Positions 38,734 to 50,440 of a DNA stretch of 64,000 nucleotides are shown here, in pieces. The notes beneath the pieces were generated by a model. That model was not told the DNA's origin, searched no databases, and worked only from the letters and a program-made list of their open reading frames with translations. Source of the DNA: Callorhinchus milii (lineage: Eukaryota); NCBI RefSeq assembly GCF_018977255.1, contig NW_024704743.1, forward strand, positions 21,020,001 through 21,084,000, given 5' to 3'. How positions within the stretch are numbered: the first letter of the stretch is position 1; the number at the start of each line of letters is the position of its first letter. The position numbers and the translations under genes were made by a program.

Positions 38734-39984
38734 AGCATTATGTGTAGAAATTAATTATGGGGCAAGAAGTAATTGCTGTCAACCACACCTCTAGATAAGC
38801 AAGTACTATAGGTAACTCTTTACACAAGTATAAGAGGCTGAAGAAAATTGCATTGTAAATCATGGCGATTTAAGTATTGCAGAGGTGATGTGGTAAGATA
38901 AAAGATGACTCAAACAATATTTCACAGTTGTACTTTTAGTGACTGCTTCAAGGAAGCTATTAAGCTAGATGCTACAGGTGATTTATAATTTTGCATCCAC
39001 CAGAATTGATTTGGAGTACTGTACAAATGTAATCAGCCTTGAGTAAGGGTAGAGATTATTTTCCCCTACCCTGACTTGTGGGTGTAGGGAATACTGTAAT
39101 ATCCCATAAAATAAATAATGCTGTATTGATCCATGCCTATATATATATATATCGAGGATAAATATGATCTAATAGGATAATAGGAATGAATATTCCAAGG
39201 TAGAATTAGATCATATTTTTCACACAATTTGATTGTTTTCTTTGCTGCTGGGACCGTGGATGTGTCATTTGTGTAATACAAATATATCTGAATAATACAA
39301 CTGCTGAGATTTAATTTAGTGAGAATTTTAGGTTTGATTAATATCATCGTGTTGTGCTACTTTTGCTTTTGGTAGATGGTGGAGGAGATGTCTGAGAGAA
39401 ATTCCATAGAGCTTGTTTATCTGTGGTTGGTGTCTCACTCATTCAGGAGATTGCCCTATTGATGACTTGCACTCAGTCTTGTTGTTCATGCTCCGTGGAG
39501 GGAATGGACTGAACATGTTGCAAGCAAATCCTCAGAACCGAGAGGCCCAGAAATAGTGCTTAAAGTTTGGGAGGCTGATTCGACTATGTTCTCAGTCACC
39601 TTTTCCCCCTCACCTTCCTCAGCTCTGGCTCCCAGTCAGCTACGTGAAGTGATCATGAGCTTAGGGTACCTCTTGGGGCAAATTAAACAATTCCAAAATA
39701 CAACCCTCATATATGTCAGTTTATCCCTTTGCACTGACAGAGACCAGTTTGCTCTCTGAGAAGTACTGTGGCAACATGCTCTACAACTCCTTACCCAACT
39801 GCAAGCCCTACCATTAAACTGTCTAAATACAGAACATACTAGTAATGCATACCAGCTGTGTCTGAGAAAGATCATTTGACATTCTGAGTGTGACCTCACC
39901 TCACTATCAGAACCTTGGTCAGCAAGTCTGGGAATGGGTAAAATGAAATAAAACATTTATAATGTACTAACCAAATCTGTATGT

Positions 39985-40240
39985 CTCAAGGCTCTGTCTT
40001 TACCCGCATGCTCATACTCATATGGTTAATCTCCAGCAATACCCCAACGCACACGCTGGGGTCAGCAGGAACTTGACTCTTGCCTGGCCCTAATACTCTG
40101 AAATTAGGTAAGTGGGATACATCCTTCCAGGGAGAAAGCGCACATTCCATTCCATGTGAATTTCCATGTGGAGATGGGATGCATATTGCTCTCAGTTTGG
40201 TTTGGATACTGATGGGTTTCCGCATGTGTCTGACATCCAG
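39985..40240. mobile_element. Unclassified repeat family terminal fragment, abutting a Deu domain (40245-40330)
   Basis: taatactctgaaattaggtaagtgggatacatccttccagggaga..cacattccatt..agtttggatact..gtttccgcatgtgtc, shared with 31960-32385. Confidence 0.65.
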
Positions 40241-40374
40241 TAGAAGTTCAAGATCCCATGGCACTATTCAAAAAGAGAAGGGATTTCCTCCAGATGGCCG
40301 GGCCAACAATCCCCCAAATGAAATTTGTTATTTGTTTTATAATAATAATAATCCTTGCATTTGATATACAATAC

Positions 40375-41930
40375 AAAATTATATTTGTAAAGCACTTTCA
40401 AGTTGGGAGAACTTCCTAAGGCGTTGAACTGTCAGGGATTAGGACCCGAGTAGGAGTGGGATTGGGATAAGGGAGGGTGGAGAGCAGAGAGGGTAGGAAG
40501 GTGGCTGAAGACACTGACGAAGAGGAGGATCTTGAAGCGTACCTTGAAGGGAGGGAACGAGGTGAAGGGAATGTGGGATAGAGTTCCAGAGGGTGGGGGC
40601 AAAGAGGGTGGAGGCTCAACCACCGAAGGTGGGGTGGGCTGAGCAGGGGACATGGAGTAAGTAGCCTGCTGAGCGGAGGGTGTGGACAGGTTGATAAGGG
40701 GTTAGCAGGTAGGAGGGGGCAAGGCCATGGAGGGCCTTGAAGGTAAGGATGAGAATTTTGAACTCGATCCTTTGAGGGATGACACCCAACTCTATCTCTC
40801 TGCCTCCACCCTCGATCTCAGGCCCACTAATATCCTGACAGACTGCCTGTCAGACATCAAGGCCTGGATGAGAGCCAACTTTCTACAGTTAAACGTCAGC
40901 GAGACTGAGGCTCTCCTGATTGGCTTGCGCCAGTGGAACCAAGTGAGGTGGGAGTGATGGCATCACGGAGCCTGGTGTGGGAGACGACATGAGCTGCAGA
41001 GTTCTGGATGGTCTGCAGCTTGTGGAAGGAAGAGTTGGGAAGGCCGACAAGCAAAGCATTGGCATAGTTGAGTCTCGTAATGAAGACATGTATCGGTCTC
41101 AGCGGCCTGAGGGTTGAGGCAGTGGCTGAGCCGGGCAATGTTGCGGAGGTGGGGAAAGGCAAAGTGGGTCATGGCACAGATGTGGGGGAGAAAGGACAGT
41201 TGAGAGTCAAATAAGATACCTATGACTGGCTTGGTGAGGTGGAGTGTATATCCTGATGATGCCAGTTCCTGAGGTGCGGAGGTGCTGGCGCGAGCCAATC
41301 AGGAGAGCCTCAGTCTCGCTGACGTTTAATTGTAGAAAGTTGGCTCTCATCCAGGACTTGATGTCTGACAGGTAGTCTGTCAGGATATCAGTGGGCCTGA
41401 GATCGAGAGTGGAGGCAGAGAGATAGAGTTGGGTGCCATCCGCGTTCATGTGGAAGTTGACCCCATGTCTGTGGATGATGTTGCCAAGAGGGGGCATGTA
41501 CAGGTTGAAGATGAGAGGACCGAGGACAGAGCCCTGAGGATCACTACATGAGAAGGTGCGGGAGCTGGAAGAGAGGTGTAGCAGAGTGAGTTGTGTGAGT
41601 AGGAGGTGGTTCGGGAGTTGAGGGGGCAAGGGCATTGAGATTGGTGGAGAGGGAGTTGTCTAGAAGAGTGATCGAGGAGGATAAGTCAGTGTGGGAGGTA
41701 GCCCAGAGGGGGAGGAGTTCAGATGACTCCAGGGCAGCAGAGAGAGAGCGCAGGGAGATTCTTTTCCAGAGGGGGTAGGAGATGGATGTGGGTTGGGTGG
41801 TGATGTGGAGAGGGATTGAGGAGCTAAGGGAGATTAAATGTTGATCTGACATGGCTTTATTGGTAATGTGAATCCGAGACACTGAGGCCCCGGGTAAACA
41901 CCAGGTCGAGTGGGTGGCCATGAGTTTTGA
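40375..41930 (-). mobile_element. L2 LINE, internally deleted and rearranged
   Basis: PQGSVLGPLIFNLYMPPLGNIIHRHGVNFHMNADGTQLYLS..WMRANFLQLN; FITRLNYANALLVGLP..LQTIQNSAAH; SDQHLIS (endonuclease end) near 41840. Confidence 0.93.
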
Positions 41931-41979
41931 GTTTAAGAATGTTATGCATTTTTAAGATGGACTTTGAGGCAATGAGTTG

Positions 41980-42200
41980 AGGGAGATTGAGTTCCTCATC
42001 CATGTTTTTGTCAAGTCTAGACTTGACCACACCAATGTTCTACTCTCTGAACTGCCCAGATCTTCTATACACAAACTGCAGAATATACAGAAATCTGCAT
42101 TCCATGTCCTCTCCCACACCAGGCTCCGTGAACATATCGCCCCATCCTCACTCGGCTCCATTGGCTCCCCATCCCCAGTGGATCAAGTTCAACATCCTCA
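41980..42200 (+). mobile_element. L2 fragment
   Basis: LIHVFVKSRLDHTNVLL..LQNIQKSA.HVL. Confidence 0.85.
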
Positions 42201-42669
42201 ATAGGCACTGTTTTTTGGATATTGAAGAAAACTCATATTGAGCTTTGAAATGTTTGGCTTAGCATCGTACTTAATAAACTAGAGGACTTGAAAGCCAGTC
42301 ACCATTGTGATATTAAATTAAACTCATAACTGGAGGTCCACATGTCAATTATTTTGCTCACCACCACCTTCCTACCACCACCCCAGACAATTGGATGTAA
42401 TTGCCACAAAAAAGTAGGTTGAAGTTCCTGTAAAACACAATTAAGTCATTTTATTTAAATGTTATCTTTAGAGGCACAGAAGCACCTTTAATGTTTATTT
42501 TTCTCAAAACCAATGACTGTTCGCTCTGCTTACATTGGGTGACACAGATTTCAGCACAGTGAAACTTTGGAAGTTTTATTTTCAGATATGGCTATCGGAT
42601 TAAAATGCTAAATACATAATTTCATAACATGCATGACTTTGTGATCTCTCTCCTCAGTTTATCAGCTTA

Positions 42670-43333
42670 GTGGAAATTCTCCTTTCCAAATACGCTAGTT
42701 TTATGGGATCTTTAATGGCTACCTTAAAACTAGCAAATGGCATCTCTGACAATGCATTACTGCAGCACTTCACTCGAGTCCCAGCCTAGATTGTGTTCTC
42801 AAGTCATGACTCGGGGCTTGAACTTTTCTGACCTGGAGCAGCACCAACTGAGCTAATCGTATCCTTGGCATTGTATTGTTGAAGGTGAAAAAATACAACA
42901 CCAAGATATAATTATAATAAATTAATAGTAATAATTAATAATACTGTACTTGCATTTGACGTAGCATGTTACCATATTGAAATGTTTCACAGCTCTTCAC
43001 AGAAGTTACAGTTAAGTGGAGGGACTGTATACCTATCAGTGTTAATGAATGTATTGCCCAATTTGTAGGTGAATGCGGCAGTGAATTTGTGCACAATAGT
43101 GGCAGAAGAGAAATAAATAAATTTTACCTGCAGGATAGTTGGCCAGGACACTGGGAAAAAATCATGGGATCTTTAAAGTTCACCTGAATAGGCAGTACAT
43201 CCAACACTGCAGTGCCTCCCCAACACTGAACTGGAGTGTCAACGGAGATCATGAACTCAAAGGCCCATCATGGGAATTGAACCCACAACTTTTTCACACA
43301 CAAGTGAGAGTGCTACCAACTGAACCAGGCTGA
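42670..43333 (-). mobile_element. Two adjacent DeuSINE copies
   Basis: atgggatctttaa twice; heads gcaccaactgagcta (~42850) and gagagtgctaccaactgaaccaggctga (~43330). Confidence 0.75.
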
Positions 43334-43694
43334 ACTTGGTTGAAATGTCTGTGAATATTATCTGATATGACACAGATTTATATTGATCCAATGGAGCCGA
43401 GTAAGGATGGTCGAGAACAGGAAAGAATATAGGCTGTAGATTATTGGATACCTTTGAGCTTGTGGATTGAAAATAGGATTGTGGTAATTCAATAGTTAAG
43501 CACTTGTGCTCTAAGATGAATTCACAATTAAATCCTAATTACTTATCAAAAGGATTTATGCAATGATATTGAAGCATATAATCACCAAAAGACTAGGTTA
43601 TTTCTTATACTACAAATCAACAAGACATTATTGCCGTATCACATGATATCGCTGTCAAGTGACAATCTACAAAACAATATATTTAAAAAAAATT

Positions 43695-43900
43695 AATCCT
43701 TGCATTTGATGTTGCGCCTTTCAAGTCAGGAAGACGTCTTAAAGTGCTTTACAAGATGCACTATAAAATGCAGTGACTGAGTATTTTGTAGTAAACACAG
43801 CAGCCAATTTGCACGTAGCAATGTGCCACAAACGGCCATAAGTAAATGATCAATTTTATCTAGGGGCTTGTTGACCGAAAGACTGAGAAAAACCTGCTTA
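43695..43900 (-). mobile_element. Deu-type SINE 3' half
   Basis: aatccttgcatttgat..cagccaatttgcacgtagcaatgtgccacaaac. Confidence 0.75.
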
Positions 43901-46544
43901 TCTTTTTGAACGCTTCAAAAGCAAGGATTAATATATTTCTTCTGTTGTTCTGGCCACCAATCCTCCAGATAAATTGGAACATCCCTGAGTGTAAATTGGC
44001 TGCATGTGCTTACAACAATAACAACAACAACTTGTTATTATATAGTGCCCTTCACGTTTCAACATTATAAGGACCAAATCAAGTCAACAATCATCCATTT
44101 CATACAGTTCGGGAATGGTAAAGGTAATAGCCATGCCATTGGAATTGTGGATTCAAATAGTTCCTTTCAGTTGAATGTAATCAATGCTCAATGCAGTTGT
44201 GCATTTCAAGTTGTAACCGATTAAAATAATGGAAATTGTCACAGCACACAGTGATCAGGATCTGTTGGAATGCAGCAAAAGCTGCTGAAAGCAAGGCTAC
44301 CTTATTATTTACTGGATTGACCTTACAGGTTTAGTGCACCTAGTGAGCATTTCAAAGGAAACTGAAATATTTTATCCAGTTGGGGGTTATTGAGCTCTGT
44401 TCAATAAGTGTAATGCAGCTTTTGATTTGCACATCAAAATACCTATTAAACTTGGTCAGTGTAGAGCAAATCGCTGTCAGTGAATTTAAAGATACAACTC
44501 ATTGTTGGGATATTCTGATGTTCAGAAACTGATGGAGCATCCAACCCAAATCAGTTTATCAGTTCAGTCTTAATATCACTGCCAGCTTTTGGTTATTGTA
44601 TTCGCAGTATGTGCCCTCATAGCTGAGCAAGTGAAGAAATACAACTGCACACCACAATCATGAGGAAAATGTTGACTTATTTACAATAGAAGCTGCAAGT
44701 CCCAGAAATGTAAGTGATTGATAGAAACTGGCACTAGATCTTTCTGCCCTTTCCGTGGACTATCCGCCTGTAGTCTCTCTTACTCAACTGCGTCCCTGAA
44801 GCAAACCTCAACTGTGATTAAAATCCATTCTAGATCAGAGGACAAGCGAAGAGAATACTAAGTTGATGTGTTGAATCCAGTAAAGCCCACAATACTTCCA
44901 AAGGTTATTTAAGGGCTGCTCTTAAAGTGACCTCTACCAATGGAGGAGGTTTGCCAAACATTTTTATTCATGAATATAGTTTTTACTTTAATGCCCTGGA
45001 ATGTTGAATTACTGATGAAAACTGAAAGCAAGAAATAATCCTATGTTACAATCACAATTTATAAAGTGACGTAACAAAGCCTTCAAAGGACATTTAAGTA
45101 GATAGTTCCACTGTGACAAAATGGAAGCCACAAGTCACAAGAAGATGTTTGAAGATGTGAATATTTAGTTTCCAAAACATTGTTACTTTCCAGGTTTGTT
45201 TTATTTTTCCTACAGTGACTGGACTTCTGGTCCCAATGTATATTTTATGCTGACATTATATATAGGTAGCCTGAGCGAAATGCCAGAATTCTATAACTCA
45301 GCTAACAGATGGTGATAGCATTCATTTGAAGTACTTGTTTTGAATATTGATGATTGAAAGTATTTTTCTTCTAGAATATGGTATAAGATAAATTCATTCC
45401 ATCATAGCTTTAGTGAAAGAACTTGAAGTTAAAGAGAAATATACGGATTTATTGTTATTAAGCTTTCCGGCTGTAATCCAGTGAAGATGAGGTTTGCTTA
45501 TGGACAAGTGACAGATTGCTACTTGTTTGTTAGCATTTCTAGCTAATTCAATCAATGCATCTCTGAAATTTTGAATTTTATTTTGAAAGAAAGAATTATT
45601 ATAAAAAATGCAATGGGAAATTCAATACTGTACAACTTAACATTGAATTTATAGAGTAAGCTAACATTTTACTGTTATATTGTATAGAAGCTTAGTAATA
45701 CAGTTTTGTTTATCTATATATGTGATCTGGGAACAGGTTCACAAGAAGTTTACGGATAATGAATACTTTATGTAACCTGCACTGAGTGTCACCATCAAGC
45801 ACTCCGATCAGATATAGCATGAGCAGCGGCACAGTAATATGCCACATGCTCTTTTCCCCCCTTGGATGTGCCTTCACATAACTTCAGAAATACTAACTAC
45901 AAACACGACTCTCCAAAGTGAATCCTTCCTTTACCCACACCAGCAACTATATATCCCCACAACTAAATGAAATTACCAATTAAAAATAATTTATGGCCAT
46001 TCATGCTCATTAGCAGCTGGGTTCATCCTCCCCAATACTAATTATGTAGAACCTTTACAGCTGGCAGAGAGGTGCAACCTTAATCCCATCTGTGTGGGCT
46101 AGTTTTCAAATGTAGTTAACTGTGGGTACTCATAACCACATTGGACATTACATATGCAGTTTTGCAACTGAATTATGCAAGGTTTCAGTTAAAAACATTA
46201 TCGTTAAATATGTGCCTAATGCAATCTGGAATTTAATTAATCTTATTGGAAGCATTGTCAGTAAACATTTGAGTGATTAATAGTCACACCCCAATTTCTT
46301 TCCTTCCGCATCTCTGTTGATGATCACCTTTTTATTTTTTACTTGTTTTATGTTCTCCCACAAAATACATTTACTACACTTTACTGTATAGCCTATGAAG
46401 GGCTTTGAGATGTCATCCTCACATGAAAGGCGCTAAATACAATGCAAGGATTATTTTAGTTTTTTTATTCTGTCAACATGAACAGTCACTATACTTTGCA
46501 GTAAAAATCCTGTGAAGCACTTTGATGAAAACATCAAATGCAAC

Positions 46545-46760
46545 AGCAACTTGCATTTATACATCACAATCATGCAGGGTAGCATTGCGGATCACTTAAC
46601 AGTGTCGGAACTTGATACCGAGAGGGGGAGAGGGGGGAGGTGAACATAGATACAGCTGAAGAGGAAGGACTTCAGGTGTGATCTGAAGGTTGTGGATGAG
46701 GGAGTTGATATGGAGGGTGAGATTAAGGGAAGAGAGGAGGGCTGAAAAGGGGGAAGGGGG
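46545..46760 (-). mobile_element. L2 3' terminus
   Basis: caacagcaacttgcatttata followed by the G-rich reverse complement of the L2 3' region. Confidence 0.55.
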
Positions 46761-46797
46761 GAAGTCAACTAATACCCTTAGACGTCTTTCAGCTTCC

Positions 46798-47570
46798 AAG
46801 AGGGAAGCTGAAAGACGTCTAGGGGTATTAGTTGACTCATTACTCATCGTGCCAAAACAGCGGGAGGAGGAAATAAATAAGGCTTACAGGAAGCCAGACT
46901 GTATTGCCAAAACCATTGAGTTCAGATTCTCATACTTCTCAGTAGTCATACTTGAGCTGTGTAATGCGTGGGTCACATTACGTCCGGAGTACTGCTTACA
47001 CTACTGGTTGCAACATTAAATATACTGACCAGGTCCTGGCTTCTCCCTTGGCAAGTTGTATCCCAGCGACAGAGTACATGGGCCTTCAATTCTTACTTCT
47101 TATTTGCAGCATTAGTACTGAGGACAACATCTAGAAGCTAAATGAAAGTAAAGGTTAGTTTGCTGATTAAAACAAAGTTTAGGCTCTTATTTCTGAAGAA
47201 TAGTTCCTTTGTGAACATGATCAAACGAGTGGGAAATAGACTTCAGTATCAGTAGGTCTACAATAATATTAACAATTAGAGGAGAACAATGAGCATGATC
47301 CCTAGTGTTAGAGGAATGAGCTGTGAGCAACAATTAGACAGGTTAGGGCTCTTCAGCCTTGAAAAGAGATATCTCAGGGAAGACCTTATTTACACATCTA
47401 ACACTTGGGATCGAGAAAGTGAACCAAGAACAATCCTTTCAAATGGATTCAGATGGCAGAACAGGAGGACATAGGTTCAGAGTTACAGAGGATAGATTGC
47501 AGGAAATATTACTTTAATGGGAGGGTAATTAACTACTGGAATGAGTTATTAGAGTGCTTGAATCTAGGAC
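46798..47570 (+). mobile_element. CR1 ORF2 C-terminal fragments
   Basis: ERRLGVLVDS.L..Q...INKA.R...CIAKTIE..VILEL.NA.V...EYC; MIPSVRGMS.EQ.LDRLGLFSLEKR.LR.DL. Confidence 0.85.
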
Positions 47571-48859
47571 ACTGAAATCATTTATAAAACAGATTATGCC
47601 ATAATTGGAGGGTGTTTGGGTGCTTTCTCTGGAAGGATGAGTTCAAAGGAGCTGAAGGATCTTCTTGATCTGAATCTCTCTTTTGACGACTTTTTTTATT
47701 GAACATAGTTTGATGGAAGGAAAGTGCAATAGATTTTTGAGTAATGACTCTTAACGGCAGGTGTGGTTTGATCTGTTTTTGTAAATGAACTGAATTCAGA
47801 AAAACAGGCTGCAGAGCGTATAAGATTCTGGATTTTAGCTTCCTGTGTTGACTCCTACCCAAGAGACCAGTAGCATTGTGTAAAGTACTTTGCTATTTGT
47901 AAGTTCATTTAAAAAAAATCCTTTTTCCATGTTATTGGTAATTTACTCCTCATAACTTGAATGCATAAGTGCTGAATAAAGGTAATAGCTAGTGGTAATA
48001 TTGTATTGCAAAGTATTTTAATATTTCTGCTAGGTTACATTGCAGCCAGCAGCATTAGGAACCCAGTTAACTGTAACCCAGTATTTTATGGGTATAAAGA
48101 AGAAACAAATTGATATTTTTAGACTGTCAATAATTGCTTTTTTAAATTGGTTCATTTTTGAATTGTGTTTTTTTTGCAGCCAGTGAAAGGAGATTAAATG
48201 ACTTTTAAACCCACAGATCAATTTGTAATCAGTATGCAGAGGGCGCAGGCTTGGTCTTGATGTCGTAATAAGAAATCTCACCAACCGAGATGCATTGCTT
48301 TGCTGATACATCTATAAATCCAGCAAATGAAAAATATAATTTCACGACTTATTGCCAAGTAGTACAATCTCTAGCTTTGACAAGTCGGAATGTGATTATA
48401 AGAAACAGGCCATTTTCATTCTGTTATCCCTTCTTTAGAGTTTATGTATCAGGACAGCTATGTTTTTACCAAGATTGTATTTGTTGCTGCTATTAATTCT
48501 TAGCATAGAAGAATACTTTCTTGTTATTACATTAGCTATACTTCAGTTTCTCATTTAATATTTCAGATTGTACTTAAAATCCTGTCGGATAAAGTACATG
48601 GTGTTTAATGCTTCTAATATTTTGGGCATTCATAACAGTTTTTGGAATTAGATATTGGGGTGAAAATTGCAATCTTTGGTATGTTCACTAAGACATTTTT
48701 GAAAAATGCAGCCTATGGATAACTGAAGACTATGACTGTAGGTATGAATCTGCCCCACAATCCCCCCACCCAACAAATTATTCTGAAAATCATCAAAGCA
48801 TAGAAACCAACACTACACTCTGATTGTGTGGCAAGCCATATTGAAGGCTTTGTGGAAGA

Positions 48860-49211
48860 GGGTGAAAACATCCTCTCAGTGTCCTGGCCAACAATCCTCC
48901 AGATAAAATGAACCATTCACTTCATGGCTGTTTGCGGGACATTGCCATGCTCAAATGGAGTGGTGAGCTGCCTACAAAATATAGTCATTACCCTTTACAG
49001 TAAAATCCTGTTTCAATGCTGTGATAAAGCACCAAATTAAGTGGAAAGGATTATTATTATATTAACATATCCACTTTAAGCTTCTTAATAATAATAATAA
49101 TAATCCTTGCATTTGATATAGCGCTTTTCACATCGGGAGGGTGTCCCAAAGCGCTTCACAGAACACACTGTAAAGTGAATTGACTGTATACTTGTGGGCG
49201 AACGCGGCAGC
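48860..49211. mobile_element. DeuSINE 3' half (+) tail-to-tail with a young tRNA-SINE 3' end (-, 49085-49211)
   Basis: cagtgtcctggccaacaatcc; (taa)n tccttgcatttgatatagcgcttttcacatcgg. Confidence 0.8.
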
Positions 49212-49212
49212 T

Positions 49213-50440
49213 CCACAGTATCCAAATTACACTGAGAGTTCCATGTATGCCACCCACCCTTGAAAATATTTCTGTAAGCTGGAATGGAAACCCACACTAT
49301 ACGTAGAGAGACACACCTTAGTTACCTAATTTCAACATCAATAACCAAGCTTGAACATTGGACCAACCTGGAGGTGGAGTAGAATTCACTGCAGGCACTA
49401 CTGTTTGCCAAGATCTCTTACTTGAGGACTTGGATTAAGCAGCTGGTGCTGAGTAAACCTGGTACGCAGCATTGGTCTTGGATCTTGAGAACATCAAGGT
49501 AGCTGGCACATCACAACTCTCCTGTAAAGGTCGTCCCACCAAGATGAAGGCAGATGTCCAGCAGATAGCTGATGAGGAAACTCTGAAGCTTGAGGGGGCA
49601 GTTGCTGGAAGGCATTACCTGGAGTCTTGGTTTGTGAACATGCATTTAGTACATCCAAGGCTTGGAATCCAACTTGATTGGTTTACAAAGAGATAAGCAG
49701 CTGCTGCTCATGCTTCACACCTCCAACTGATGGAACTATCGTTTAATAGGAAGGCATGTGTCTCTTAGCTGTGGCACGAAGGTGGTGTCAATAGTCTCAC
49801 ACATTTCATGCTGAGCTGTGTTGCCCACTTAGAAACTCGCAGGGAGTTCTTTTTACTCGCCATCCTGTTATTCAAGTGAGGGCTCAAACCCATGCTTGTC
49901 GAAAGTCGAATGACCAACTGGTGACTATCCTCGGGGGGAGGAGGGAGTGGGTAAGCGGGGTCTCCATGGGACTGACCTGACTCCAATGTGACATATCTGG
50001 CCATGGAATGTCGGAATTGAGCCCAACCTCTGTGGCAGTTTCGTTAGTACAGTTTGTATTCCAGAGCACTGCTGATCATAGCACAGCCAGCCTGGCTCAT
50101 CGGCAGGACCTGGAAGGGCAGACCAGTCACTGGGGGCAAGGAGTCATCCCGCTCAGCTCCTGTTAACCCTGCAAACCAAAACCCTAATGAATAGGATGGT
50201 CTTCGCTGGACAAGCAGTGTGAAAGCTTGCCAGATAGTGCTTCTAATGGCGAGCTATGCATTTTTAGCTGGTTAGACTCCAGCCTTACCCCTAAGCATAC
50301 TCTGGGGTCCTCAAGCCTTGGTTCTTGCCAACCTGCACTAATACTTTCCAGAATTAAGTAAGCAGGATGCGTCTCTCCAGTGCAAGAGTGAACACTTTCA
50401 AGCATGGTGATGTTTCCACATGTTTCCATCCTCGCTAGGA
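49213..50440. mobile_element. Unclassified repeat (longest copy) with apparent long inverted termini
   Basis: Internal part matches 31360-32010; the left end (49215-49345) resembles the reverse complement of the family's right end (50330-50430, 31960-32345). Confidence 0.65.

Noticed and set aside
38513..38734. Recurrent peptide family ending KRYIKCKDYYY in many ORFs
   Set aside because: It is the translation of the SINE 3' tail, not a gene family.
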